Shown piece by piece: positions 1-8,955 of a stretch of 39,320 nt of DNA (positions are counted from its first letter, which is position 1; each line of letters starts with the position of its first letter). The DNA lies in the sequence record SRR20825006_2439, one strand, 5' to 3'. Under the pieces are notes generated by a model. The model was not told the origin of the DNA and ran no database searches. It saw only the letters and a list, made by a program, of their open reading frames with translations. Both the position numbers and the translations under genes were made by a program.

Positions 1-861
1 CTTGATGATGTCCATCGTCGCCATGGCGAGGCCCGCGCCGTTGACCATGCAACCGATCGTGCCGTCGAGGGCGATATAGGCGAGGTCCCATTCGGAGGCC
101 TCGATCTCTTTTTCGTCTTCCTCGGTCGTGTCCCGCAGCTCGACAATGTCAGGGTGGCGGAACAGGGCGTTGCCGTCAAAGCTGACCTTGGCGTCGAGCA
201 CGCGCAGACGGCCATTTTCCATGACGATCAGCGGGTTGATCTCGAGCATCGCCATGTCCTTCTCGATGAAGGCCTTGTAGAGGATCGGGAAGAGTTTCAT
301 GCCATCTTCGCGGGCCGCACCGTCCAGCTTCAGCGCGTCGCAGAGCTGCGCCGCATCGGCTTCGGTCACACCAGCCGTCGGGTCGATTGGCAGGGTGAGG
401 ATTTTCTCAGGCGTCTCGTGCGCAACTTCCTCGATGTCCATGCCGCCTTCAGTAGAGGCAACAAAGGCCGGACGGCCCGTGGCGCGGTCAACGAGAAGGG
501 AGAGATAGAGTTCGCGGTCAATGTCGGCGCCGTCTTCAATGTAGAGGCGGTTGACCTGTTTGCCAGCATCGCTGGTCTGCGCGGTGACGAGGTGATTGCC
601 CAGCATCGCCTTGGCGTGATCCAGAACGTCTTCCTTGGAGAAGGCGAGGCGAACACCGCCCTTTTCGCCAGCTGCGGCTTCGATGAACTTGCCCTTGCCG
701 CGTCCACCGGCATGAATTTGGGACTTCACGACCCAGAGCGGCCCCGGCAGCGTATCGACCGCCTTTTGCACATCATCGAGAGAAAGAACGGGTACGCCTT
801 CTGCCACTGGAGCGCCGAAAGATTTCAGCACGGCCTTGGCCTGGTATTCGTGTATGTTCAT
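1..861 (-). CDS. sucC: Succinyl-CoA synthetase beta subunit (partial, runs off window start)
   Basis: Not in the ORF track. The reverse complement from ATG at 861 reads MNIHEYQAK..., contains [12 protein letters not shown], and ends at the window edge with [26 protein letters not shown]; all are SucC signatures. Confidence 0.97.
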   Translation of the reverse strand, partial: MNIHEYQAKAVLKSFGAPVAEGVPVLSLDDVQKAVDTLPGPLWVVKSQIHAGGRGKGKFIEAAAGEKGGVRLAFSKEDVLDHAKAMLGNHLVTAQTSDAGKQVNRLYIEDGADIDRELYLSLLVDRATGRPAFVASTEGGMDIEEVAHETPEKILTLPIDPTAGVTEADAAQLCDALKLDGAAREDGMKLFPILYKAFIEKDMAMLEINPLIVMENGRLRVLDAKVSFDGNALFRHPDIVELRDTTEEDEKEIEASEWDLAYIALDGTIGCMVNGAGLAMATMDIIK

Positions 862-983
862 GGAAACTTGCCTTGTCTGCCCTGGCTTGCGGAAAGAGCC
901 GGCACAGGCCGGCCCGTTTGATTGTCCGCGCTATATAACAGTCTTGGCAGGCCCGTAAACCAGCTGAGTACTCAAGTCTGGAC

Positions 984-2234
984 TCAGGTTTCGGCTTCCC
1001 GGTCCGGATTGCGCGGATCGAGTTCCACGCTGGCCAGAGGCGTTGGCAGGATCGGGCTCCAATCCTCCTGCTGGTGCTCTTCCGGAGCTGCCCTTGCGGA
1101 AACCCGCCAGACCATGATCAACGCCAACAGGATGAGCAACAAGCCAGACAGACCGAACAGGCCTGTCGCACCTGCACCGCGCATGGCGATACCCGACAAT
1201 AGTGGCCCCACAATTGATCCACCGGCCCAAATGAAAAGCAGACCGGACATGACCTGCGGAATCTTTCCCTTGGGGGTTCGGTCAATGGCGTGGGCCACGC
1301 ATAATCCAAAAAACGTCAACGCACCGGCGCCCCACACGACCAGCACCATCATCACGCCAACCTCTCCGAGGCTGCGTCCGAGTATCGCGATCACCATCGC
1401 AGCCATGCCCGAAATGGCGCACAATACCGCGATCACCAATCGGCGCTCGATTCGGTCGGACAACCGCCCTGCAGGCCATTGAATGATGAAGCCGCCCAGC
1501 CACGCAGCCGCCAGGGCGGTTGCGGCAGCCGCCGTCCCTCCCCCGCCAATGGAGAAGCTTTCAAAATAGATCGGCAGCAAAGCGAGCGTACCGGTATTGA
1601 TCACGCCCGCCAGCATCACCCCGATGACAGCCGCCGGAGCCAGTTTGTACAGGCGCCCAATCGGCATTGCCTTGCGATCCGGCGCTTCCGGCTGTTCCTG
1701 CTGTGTGAGGCAGATCGGCACGAGCGCCAAGGTCAGAAACAATGCGGCCCAGCTATAGGCGCGGCTGTCGAGCGGCGACAGGCCCGCCACGAAGAACGGA
1801 CCAATCATCAGCGAGAGTTTCGCGCCCATGTGATACAGGCCCATGACATTGCCGCGCGACTTGTCCGGCACGGCCTGACCCAACCAGCTCTCCACGCTCG
1901 TGAACATGTAGGCAAAACTGACACCCTGTACGATGCGTACGATGGCCCAGAAGCCGGGCTCATACCACAGTGACAAGGCAATGGACCCCGCCGAAGTGAC
2001 TGCTGCGGCAGCAGCGAACAGGCGGATGTTGCCAAAGGAGGCAAGCGCTGCAGGTGCGGTCCATGCCCCCAGCATGAAGCCCGTCGCATAGAGCGCGGCG
2101 ATGCCACCGATGAATTGGGGCGCCGTGCCCAGCGCTTCGAGCCCAAGCGGAGTCAACATGCTCAACAAGCCGCCCGCAATTTGCAGGATCATCACCGCCA
2201 GGATGAGGGCGAAGACATTGCGGGTATCGGTCAT
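984..2234 (-). CDS. MFS transporter (YcaD-like)
   Basis: 416 aa with about 12 hydrophobic segments, the MFS motif GRLSDRIERR, and an ESWL motif typical of YcaD-like MFS proteins. Confidence 0.88.
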   Translation of the reverse strand: MTDTRNVFALILAVMILQIAGGLLSMLTPLGLEALGTAPQFIGGIAALYATGFMLGAWTAPAALASFGNIRLFAAAAAVTSAGSIALSLWYEPGFWAIVRIVQGVSFAYMFTSVESWLGQAVPDKSRGNVMGLYHMGAKLSLMIGPFFVAGLSPLDSRAYSWAALFLTLALVPICLTQQEQPEAPDRKAMPIGRLYKLAPAAVIGVMLAGVINTGTLALLPIYFESFSIGGGGTAAAATALAAAWLGGFIIQWPAGRLSDRIERRLVIAVLCAISGMAAMVIAILGRSLGEVGVMMVLVVWGAGALTFFGLCVAHAIDRTPKGKIPQVMSGLLFIWAGGSIVGPLLSGIAMRGAGATGLFGLSGLLLILLALIMVWRVSARAAPEEHQQEDWSPILPTPLASVELDPRNPDREAET

Positions 2235-2271
2235 AATCTACAGGCGGCCTTTCCGTTGCCGCGTGGCATAG

Positions 2272-3444
2272 CTACCGGAATTGGGCGGTTGTTTGACGAA
2301 CCGTCTCGCCTGCGGCGTTTTTTATCTCAAGATCGACAGACCCAGCGGCCCAATCGATGCCGATTGCACCATAATTGTCCTGCGAAAAGCCTTCGCCGAC
2401 CTGTGCTGAGTCCATCTCGTCCGTCGTATCTTGGAACGACACATTCAGCGATGACGCCGTCAGCTCATAGGCCGGGTATGGCAGCGCCGTCTCACTGCGA
2501 TAGAGGAAGGATGCGTGCCGGTCGCCTGACACGAACACCACGCCGTTCGCACCTGTCTCACTGATCAGACTGTAGAGGCGCTGCTGTTCGGCTGGCAGGC
2601 GCGACCAGCTTTCCCAGCCATGCCCATCAGTCGGCAAGACCTGGATCGACGAGACGATCAGGCGCAAATCCGCCGGCTTTTGCAGCTGGTTTTCCAGCCA
2701 GGTCCACTGGTCATTGCCCAGCATGTCCTGATTGGGATCGGAAGACTGGATATAACGCTCCTTGCTGGTCACGCCATACTCGTCTGTCGCGGTCAGCGGC
2801 GACCGGAAGAAGCGGGTATCCAGCATGATGATCTGGGTGCGCTGGCCTTCCGGGCCAAAGCTGCGCGCATAATAGGTGCCGGGCCAGGCGCCGACATCCA
2901 TGTTCTCGATCCCCCAGAAGCGTTCGTGCACGCGCTCGGCAAGACGACGGAACGGAAATTCTCGGCCCGCATCATTGGCGCCATAGTCATGGTCGTCCCA
3001 TGCCACCATCATCGGATGGCTTGCCCGCACGGCCTGAAAGTCGCTACGGGCGGCGAGATCGGCAAAACTCTCGCGAAGTTCGTCGAGCTCAGCCTGATTG
3101 GTGGCATAGCTTATGCCGTCCTTGTCGCCATAGACATTGTCGCCAATCATCAGGAAAAGGTCCGCGTCTTCGGCGGCGATGCGCTGCAATGTATCGGACG
3201 GTCCGGCTTCTTCCTCATCATGACAAGAGCCAACCAGCACGCGCGACAGGACAGAGTCTTTCGAAGGCAGCGGCAATCCGGCGGGCGCGGTCGGATAAAA
3301 CTCTTCCGGCAATGTGCGGTAATAGGCGTCGAGCGCGTCTTCGGCACTCTGCGGCGCGCGCGTTATGCCCGGAATGGTGATCGGCCCCGGCGCCTGACAC
3401 GCCGCGAGCCCTGCAACGACAATCGCACTGACAATACGTTTCAT
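2272..3444 (-). CDS. phoD: Alkaline phosphatase D family lipoprotein
   Basis: PhoD motifs GSC, IGDNVYGD, WDDHDYG, LDTR, SGDRH. Likely start is ATG 3444 (MKRIVSAIVVAGLAAC, a lipobox), preceded by GGAGG. Confidence 0.9.
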   Translation of the reverse strand: MKRIVSAIVVAGLAACQAPGPITIPGITRAPQSAEDALDAYYRTLPEEFYPTAPAGLPLPSKDSVLSRVLVGSCHDEEEAGPSDTLQRIAAEDADLFLMIGDNVYGDKDGISYATNQAELDELRESFADLAARSDFQAVRASHPMMVAWDDHDYGANDAGREFPFRRLAERVHERFWGIENMDVGAWPGTYYARSFGPEGQRTQIIMLDTRFFRSPLTATDEYGVTSKERYIQSSDPNQDMLGNDQWTWLENQLQKPADLRLIVSSIQVLPTDGHGWESWSRLPAEQQRLYSLISETGANGVVFVSGDRHASFLYRSETALPYPAYELTASSLNVSFQDTTDEMDSAQVGEGFSQDNYGAIGIDWAAGSVDLEIKNAAGETVRQTTAQFR

Positions 3445-3447
3445 TCT

Positions 3448-3499
3448 ACCCCTCCAAGGTACCTCTACCTGCAATAGGTGTAGCGGTCTTTGGAGGGGT
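3448..3499 (-). promoter_or_regulatory. Long hairpin sequestering the phoD Shine-Dalgarno
   Basis: ACCCCTCCAA (3448-3457) and TTGGAGGGGT (3490-3499) are perfect inverted repeats with further imperfect inner pairing. On the minus-strand mRNA the 3' arm contains the SD of phoD. Confidence 0.55.
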
Positions 3500-3519
3500 C
3501 GGTAAGAGGCTTATTCCGG

Positions 3520-4071
3520 TCAAACGCCGAAGAAGATCGACCACATCATGCGGCCCGGCAGGAAGGTAAACAGGCCGGCAACCAACATGCCCCCTGTGAA
3601 CATTCCGGTCATTTCCTTGCGGTGCTTCGCAATGTCCTTTCGCCGCGCTGCAGCGATGCCCATGGGCAGGCCGATGATTGTCCAGGCTGACAGGCCATGG
3701 ATCCAGCTGAAGCTGTTGCCATTGAGGCCTGTCAGGAAGAAGGAACTGATCGCCGTGATCGCCATCGCCACAACCCAGGCATAGCCAAGCCGCTTGTGCA
3801 GCCCCCTGCCCTTCACGCCCATCATCAAAGCCGTGCCGATACCAAACGCGCTGAGCGCTCCCGCCAGGTGCATTTTTAGCACGACCGGCGACTCGGTCAG
3901 ACGCGCGGCATCCAGCCTGAACCGGATCGGAGGATTGTCCGCGCTTTTCAGGATCATCCAGCTGATCACCGCATAGGCGGCAAGGCCGATCAGGATCACG
4001 GTGCGGTTGCTGGGCCGTCCCAGCGACAGGCGGGGCAGTCCGGATGGCAGGGCAAAGGCAGGGCTTTTCAT
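3520..4071 (-). CDS. DUF2306-family membrane protein
   Basis: Hydrophobic helices with the His motifs KGRGLHKRLGYAW, FSWIHGLS, HRKEM and C-terminal FTFLPGRMM, typical of DUF2306. Confidence 0.82.
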   Translation of the reverse strand: MKSPAFALPSGLPRLSLGRPSNRTVILIGLAAYAVISWMILKSADNPPIRFRLDAARLTESPVVLKMHLAGALSAFGIGTALMMGVKGRGLHKRLGYAWVVAMAITAISSFFLTGLNGNSFSWIHGLSAWTIIGLPMGIAAARRKDIAKHRKEMTGMFTGGMLVAGLFTFLPGRMMWSIFFGV

Positions 4072-4094
4072 GGCAGGTCTCCTTGGCGACAGGC

Positions 4095-4517
4095 TTAGCG
4101 CAGCGTGACTGTGTGGACGGCGCCATCGGTCGGCAGGGCGAACGCGGCATCGCCGAAGCTTGGCGGGCCAAAGCGAACCGGCGCGTCATTGGAGAAACCA
4201 TAGGGTTCTGTCGGAATACCGAAATTTCCACGCGCCAGTTCGCCGTCGCCATCTACGTCGTGAAACAGCTTCACACCGTATGTGCCGGGCTCCAGCCCTT
4301 CGAAGACGACGGAATCAGCGCCTTCTGAAACGTCGACACTGTCCGCCGCAACAGCGTCATTCCCGGACCAGCCGCCTGCGTCGAAGATCGCAATGCGCAG
4401 CGCCCCGGTATTCTCGCCGACATTCTCCACCTTGAGTGTCAGGTCAGCGGCAGACGCCGAAACAGGCACAATGGCAATGGCGGCCAGGATCGATACGAGT
4501 GTGTGGTTGATGTTCAT
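4095..4517 (-). CDS. DUF2141-family exported protein
   Basis: Signal peptide from ATG 4517 (GGAG upstream). Contains PGTYGVKLFHDVDGDGEL...GIPTEPYGFSND...FGPPSF, the DUF2141 signature. Confidence 0.88.
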   Translation of the reverse strand: MNINHTLVSILAAIAIVPVSASAADLTLKVENVGENTGALRIAIFDAGGWSGNDAVAADSVDVSEGADSVVFEGLEPGTYGVKLFHDVDGDGELARGNFGIPTEPYGFSNDAPVRFGPPSFGDAAFALPTDGAVHTVTLR

Positions 4518-4680
4518 TTGATGTCTCCATAGTGTGGGGGCGGTCGCCCCGTGGCGGGTGATGAAGACAGGGTGTGGCGCGGGCCGGATCGGCGCTACGC
4601 AGATTGCGCGGACGGGCTGGAATCCTTCGCCAAATACCTGCAAACCCATTCACGAAGCGCGAAATACACGGGATGACACG

Positions 4681-5421
4681 ATGGCATCAGCCCTGAAGGA
4701 TATTGGAAAAACACTCGGCATAGTCACCCTGCTGGCGGCTGGCTTCACATGGTTCGGAGTCTATGGCACCGGCGGCTCACTCAAACTCCGATTCCTGATG
4801 TGGTTCGTCACAATGCTGGTCGGGTCGGTCGCATCCTATTGGGTCGTACCCTTTGTCTTCCACACGCACATGAAGACGTCCCACCCGGCCCTGAGAATTG
4901 TGGCCGCGGCCGTCCTGCTTGCAATTCCGGTCACGATCTCACTCTGTATTTTCCTGGCTTTTCTGGGCGCGTCCATTTCCCTGGCGCAAATCCCCATCCA
5001 ATTCGCCTATGTGCTGGCGATCTCGCTCGTCATCACGACGGGTGGTTTCCTCATTGATCGGGCCCGCCAACTGGCCGAGCTGGAAGACGCCGAACCGGAA
5101 GACCGGGTCGCGGGCTTCCTGTCGCGCCTGCCAGTGCGATATCGGGGGGCAGATCTTTGGGCCATCTCCTCGGAAGATCACTATCTGCGCGTTCATACAG
5201 ACCGGGGAGAAGAACTGATCCTGATGCGGCTGGCCGATGCGATGCGAGAACTGGGCGAAGACAACGGCCTGCAGACTCATCGCTCATGGTGGGTCTCGCA
5301 CAATGGCGTCGCCGATACGCGGCGCACCAATGGCAAACTGGTTCTCATCCTGAAATCCGGTCAGGAAGCACCGGTTTCGCGCACCTACCAGCCGAATGTC
5401 CGGGCTGCAGGCCTCGCCTAG
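4681..5421 (+). CDS. Membrane-anchored LytTR-family transcriptional regulator
   Basis: Four N-terminal TM segments followed by a LytTR domain (SEDHYLRVHT, QTHRSWWV, PVSRTY); no receiver domain. Confidence 0.88.
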   Translation: MASALKDIGKTLGIVTLLAAGFTWFGVYGTGGSLKLRFLMWFVTMLVGSVASYWVVPFVFHTHMKTSHPALRIVAAAVLLAIPVTISLCIFLAFLGASISLAQIPIQFAYVLAISLVITTGGFLIDRARQLAELEDAEPEDRVAGFLSRLPVRYRGADLWAISSEDHYLRVHTDRGEELILMRLADAMRELGEDNGLQTHRSWWVSHNGVADTRRTNGKLVLILKSGQEAPVSRTYQPNVRAAGLA

Positions 5422-5672
5422 CCCTTTCCGGTGCCTCGGCGTTTGTTGCAAATGGCATGGGCAAGACGGAGATTGCTGATCTCGTCCGACCCCTCATGCG
5501 CGCGCGGTATGATATGGTCGAATGTCGGCCGCCATTTCTTCCAGAGCGTGGAATGCGCCACATCGGCCCGGCTGGGGGGCATGGGCTTTCCACACAGGGC
5601 GCAGAGGCCGTCCTGATCTTGCCAAAGTTGCCGGAATCGCGGCGTGTCCGGCGGGGAAAAGGACTGGCTCAC
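5418..5672 (-). CDS. Small standalone HNH endonuclease (84 aa)
   Basis: C-terminal part of track ORF 5418..6017. The GTG start at 5672 overlaps the folD TGA (GTGA). Motifs [26 protein letters not shown]. Confidence 0.8.
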   Translation of the reverse strand: MSQSFSPPDTPRFRQLWQDQDGLCALCGKPMPPSRADVAHSTLWKKWRPTFDHIIPRAHEGSDEISNLRLAHAICNKRRGTGKG

Positions 5673-6556
5673 AGACCGTCTGGAACAGGCCAGCCACGCC
5701 GGGCGCAGGCGGCCAGCACCGTGTTGCGCAACAGGCAGGCAATGGTCATGGGTCCGACCCCGCCCGGCACGGGCGTGATGTAACCCGCAACTTCCGCGCT
5801 GGCGGCATAGTCGGCATCGCCCACCAGACGGGTCTTCCCCTCGCCCTTTTCGGGCGCGTCGATCCGGTTGATCCCGACATCGATAATGGTCGCGCCCGGC
5901 TTCACCCAATCGGCCTTGACCATTTGCGGACGTCCGACGGCGGGCACGAGAATGTCGGCCTCGCGGCACATGGCCGGCAGGTCCTTTGTGCGGCTGTGCG
6001 CGATGGTGACCGTGCAATTCTCGGCCAGGAACAATAGCGCGGCCGGCTTGCCGACGAGAATAGAGCGACCAATCACGACGACATGTTTGCCGGAGAGGTC
6101 ACTGCCCAGCGCGCGCTTGGCCAGGATCACACAGCCGGTCGGTGTGCACGGGCGCAGGCCCGGCTTGCCGAGCGTCAGGCGACCGGCAGACACTTCGGTC
6201 AGTCCGTCGACATCCTTGTCGGGGTCGATCTTCTCGATCGCCGCATCAGCATCGAGACCCTTGGGCAGCGGCAACTGCAGCAGGATGCCATCGACGCTTT
6301 GATCGGCATTCAGGGTTGCAATCAGGGTTTCGACATCGGCCTGGCTGGCCGTATCCGGCAGGCGGTGGTGCACGGAGACCATGCCAACCTCTTCGGTCTG
6401 GCGCACCTTGTTGCGCACATAGACCTGGCTCGCAGGGTCTTCCCCCACAAGGACCACAGCCAGTGAAGGCTGTCCGGGCAATTGGCTGACCGCTTTTGCC
6501 ACGTCTGCGCGGACATCTGCCGCAACCGATTTTCCGTCAATTACCTGCGCGCTCAT
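5669..6556 (-). CDS. folD: Bifunctional methylenetetrahydrofolate dehydrogenase/cyclohydrolase
   Basis: MSAQVIDGK start, [39 protein letters not shown]. Confidence 0.97.
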   Translation of the reverse strand: MSAQVIDGKSVAADVRADVAKAVSQLPGQPSLAVVLVGEDPASQVYVRNKVRQTEEVGMVSVHHRLPDTASQADVETLIATLNADQSVDGILLQLPLPKGLDADAAIEKIDPDKDVDGLTEVSAGRLTLGKPGLRPCTPTGCVILAKRALGSDLSGKHVVVIGRSILVGKPAALLFLAENCTVTIAHSRTKDLPAMCREADILVPAVGRPQMVKADWVKPGATIIDVGINRIDAPEKGEGKTRLVGDADYAASAEVAGYITPVPGGVGPMTIACLLRNTVLAACARRGWPVPDGL

Positions 6557-6833
6557 TGCCCTGATCCCCGGCCAGTTTCGCCGCCAGATCGGGCGGCCCG
6601 TCAATGTCGAGGCCTTTTAACCGGTTCTTTGGGCCCGTCACCACCCTGACCGCAGACTTTGGCACGCCCAGCCATTTCGCGATCAGTTTTTCAACCGCCG
6701 CATTGGCCTTTCCGCTTTCCGGCACGGCGCGCACACGAACCTTCAAATAGGTCCGGCCCGCAGCGTCTGTTTCCCATGTTTCGATCCGGTCGGCCGAGGC
6801 GTTCGGCTGAACGCGAACGATCAGCCTGTGCAT
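6537..6833 (-). CDS. yggU: DUF167/YggU family protein
   Basis: VRVQPNAS...[17 protein letters not shown] motif; lies between yggT and folD as usual in alphaproteobacteria. Confidence 0.88.
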   Translation of the reverse strand: MHRLIVRVQPNASADRIETWETDAAGRTYLKVRVRAVPESGKANAAVEKLIAKWLGVPKSAVRVVTGPKNRLKGLDIDGPPDLAAKLAGDQGNERAGN

Positions 6834-6837
6834 GCGA

Positions 6838-7131
6838 TCAGAACGGGACGATGCCGTAGCCGTAGCGCGCGATCACACGCTCGAGGAAGAAAATGATCAG
6901 CAGAACCACCATAGGCGTCAGGTCCAGCCCACCCATGGGCGGCAGGATGTTGCGGATCGGGCGGTAAACCGGCTCGGTAATACGCTGCAATCCACCCCAG
7001 ACACTGCGTACGGTGGGGTTCTGGAGGCTCAGCACATTGAAACCGACCAGCCAGGACAAGACAGCCTGAATGATGATGATGAATGTGGCGATCCGCAGAA
7101 CGACCATGATGAGATCAAGAATGGCGGCCAT
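6838..7131 (-). CDS. yggT: YggT family membrane protein
   Basis: AVLSW...ITEPVYRPIRNILPPMGGLDLTP motif; start taken at ATG 7131. Confidence 0.92.
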   Translation of the reverse strand: MAAILDLIMVVLRIATFIIIIQAVLSWLVGFNVLSLQNPTVRSVWGGLQRITEPVYRPIRNILPPMGGLDLTPMVVLLIIFFLERVIARYGYGIVPF

Positions 7132-7290
7132 GGGGCGACGCTCCGATTTTTCTGTTGTTGCCTTCACTTAGGGTGATGCCCCTAGCTTGTGCAAGGCGTT
7201 CTCTCTAGCTTTGCCAGTTGGGAACACATTCCGTTTGGCAAGGCGGGCAAACACAAACAATTATAACAATTGCCGAGGGAGCCCGCTTGC

Positions 7291-8535
7291 ATGACAGATC
7301 CGGACAGGCCGCTGCTTCCGCTCACCGGGGTCCAGAAAGCGATGATCGGCATTGCCATGGTGGCCATGGGCGCCGGCATGAGCATCAACTTCGTGGTCGT
7401 TGCCCCCCTCGCCCGCAAGGCTGGCCTGACCGAAATTCAGGTCGCGGGTATCCTGACCCTGTCTGCGGCCGTCTATGCGCTGCTCATTCCAACCTGGGGC
7501 CGGCTGGCTGACCGGTTCGGCCGCAAACGCGTCATGGTCTTCTCGCTGGCGGCCATGGGCCTGACCAACATGATCTTCGTGTTCGCCCTAAGCGCCGCGC
7601 TGGCAGGAGTCCTGACCGGGCTAACCGCCTTTTTCACACTTGTCTTCGTGCGCCTCTGGTTCGGCCTGTTGTCGCCCGGTCTGCAACCAGCCGCCATGGC
7701 CGCGATGACGGATGCCACCACGCCGCTCGACCGGGCCGGCGGGCTCGGCATGCTTGGCGCCTGTATGAGCATCGGATCCATCCTCGGCCCGGCAGGTGCC
7801 ACCGTGCTCGCCCCGTTTGGGGCGCTGATGCCGATCTGGGGGACTATCGCCTTCAATCTGATCGTAGCGCTTGTTCTGGCAGTGGTTCTGCCCCCGACCA
7901 GGCCGCGCCCGAAATCAGCCAAACGCCCCACCCCACTCGCGGTGCGCGACCCGCGCGTCTTCCCGCACCTGCTTTTCCTGTTCACCTATTTCATCGGAAT
8001 CGGAATCGTACAGCAGACGATCAGCTGGTTCATCGAAGATCGCTACCAGTTTGTGGACACAGCCAGCCGCTCTGCTGGCGAAGCCGTCGTGCTTCATTCT
8101 GGGATTGCCTTCGCCTGCATCGCTGCGGGCATGATCATGGTGCAGTTCGGCTTTGTTCAGCCGCGCAAACCCGATCCGCGACGCATCCTGCCCATCGGCC
8201 TCGCCATTGTGGCCATGGGCTATGTTTCAGCCGACCTCTTCTTCCCGTTCTGGTCGCTCGCACTCAGCTTCTTTGCTGTTGGGTGTGGTGCGGCGCTGGC
8301 CGTGCCCGCCGCCAATGCGCTGGGCAGCCTTTCGGTCTCTCGCGAGGAGCAAGGCTCAGCGGCAGCGCTGCTCGCGGCAGCGCCCCCGGCCGGCTTCATC
8401 TTCGGCCCCCTTATCGGGGCTATGCTGTACTCATTCATGCCGGAACTCCCGCTCTACGTATCGGCAGGCTTGGTCGGCACACTCGCCGTCTATGCCGTGA
8501 TCGTGACGTCGAAACGCCCGCTTACACCATCGTGA
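7291..8535 (+). CDS. MFS transporter (DHA1/TetA-like)
   Basis: About 12 TM segments, MFS motif A WGRLADRFGRK and motif C-like GSILGPAG. Confidence 0.87.
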   Translation: MTDPDRPLLPLTGVQKAMIGIAMVAMGAGMSINFVVVAPLARKAGLTEIQVAGILTLSAAVYALLIPTWGRLADRFGRKRVMVFSLAAMGLTNMIFVFALSAALAGVLTGLTAFFTLVFVRLWFGLLSPGLQPAAMAAMTDATTPLDRAGGLGMLGACMSIGSILGPAGATVLAPFGALMPIWGTIAFNLIVALVLAVVLPPTRPRPKSAKRPTPLAVRDPRVFPHLLFLFTYFIGIGIVQQTISWFIEDRYQFVDTASRSAGEAVVLHSGIAFACIAAGMIMVQFGFVQPRKPDPRRILPIGLAIVAMGYVSADLFFPFWSLALSFFAVGCGAALAVPAANALGSLSVSREEQGSAAALLAAAPPAGFIFGPLIGAMLYSFMPELPLYVSAGLVGTLAVYAVIVTSKRPLTPS

Positions 8536-8893
8536 AAGCATTGAGCTTGTTGCCATCCGGATCCCGGAAGTAAGCGGCATAGAACCCTTCATCGCCACGC
8601 GGTCCGGGTGCGCCTTCATCACTGCCGCCATTTGCCAGCGCGATCTCATACAGCTTGTGCACCTGATCCTTGTCCCTGGCCTGCAGCGCCACCATCGTGC
8701 CATTGCCGACAGTGGCAGGCTGTTTGTCGAATGGCAGGGTCGCCGCCACGCCTGCTGCACCGCCGGGCGTGCCCCAGGCGATGAATGTGTCGAAATCCAT
8801 CATCCGCCCAGTGCCCATCTCGGCCGCAATGGCATCATAGAATTTCGCCGCGCGCTGCAGGTCTGACGTCCCGACTGTTACATACCCGATCAT
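8522..8893 (-). CDS. VOC/glyoxalase family protein, probably MmcA-like (SOS-regulated)
   Basis: MIGYVTVGTSD...FYD...GNGTMVAL...YFRDPDGNKL is a VOC fold signature. LexA box upstream. Confidence 0.88.
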   Translation of the reverse strand: MIGYVTVGTSDLQRAAKFYDAIAAEMGTGRMMDFDTFIAWGTPGGAAGVAATLPFDKQPATVGNGTMVALQARDKDQVHKLYEIALANGGSDEGAPGPRGDEGFYAAYFRDPDGNKLNAFTMV

Positions 8894-8921
8894 AAGTCCC
8901 TCCCATCAATTGGACAGAATG

Positions 8922-8936
8922 GAACATAACAGGAAC
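8922..8936 (-). promoter_or_regulatory. Alphaproteobacterial LexA (SOS) box
   Basis: GAAC-ATAACAG-GAAC is an exact GAAC-N7-GAAC (GTTC-N7-GTTC) match, 29 bp upstream of the VOC gene start in a 62-bp intergenic gap. Confidence 0.75.
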
Positions 8937-8955
8937 AGCCGGGAGCGACAAGCCT

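Noticed and set aside
154-921. 255-aa plus-strand ORF
   Set aside because: Antisense shadow of sucC; no motifs of its own.
5673-6017. N-terminal 115 aa of the 199-aa HNH track ORF
   Set aside because: Out-of-frame overlap with folD and low complexity; the GTGA-coupled start at 5672 is more plausible.
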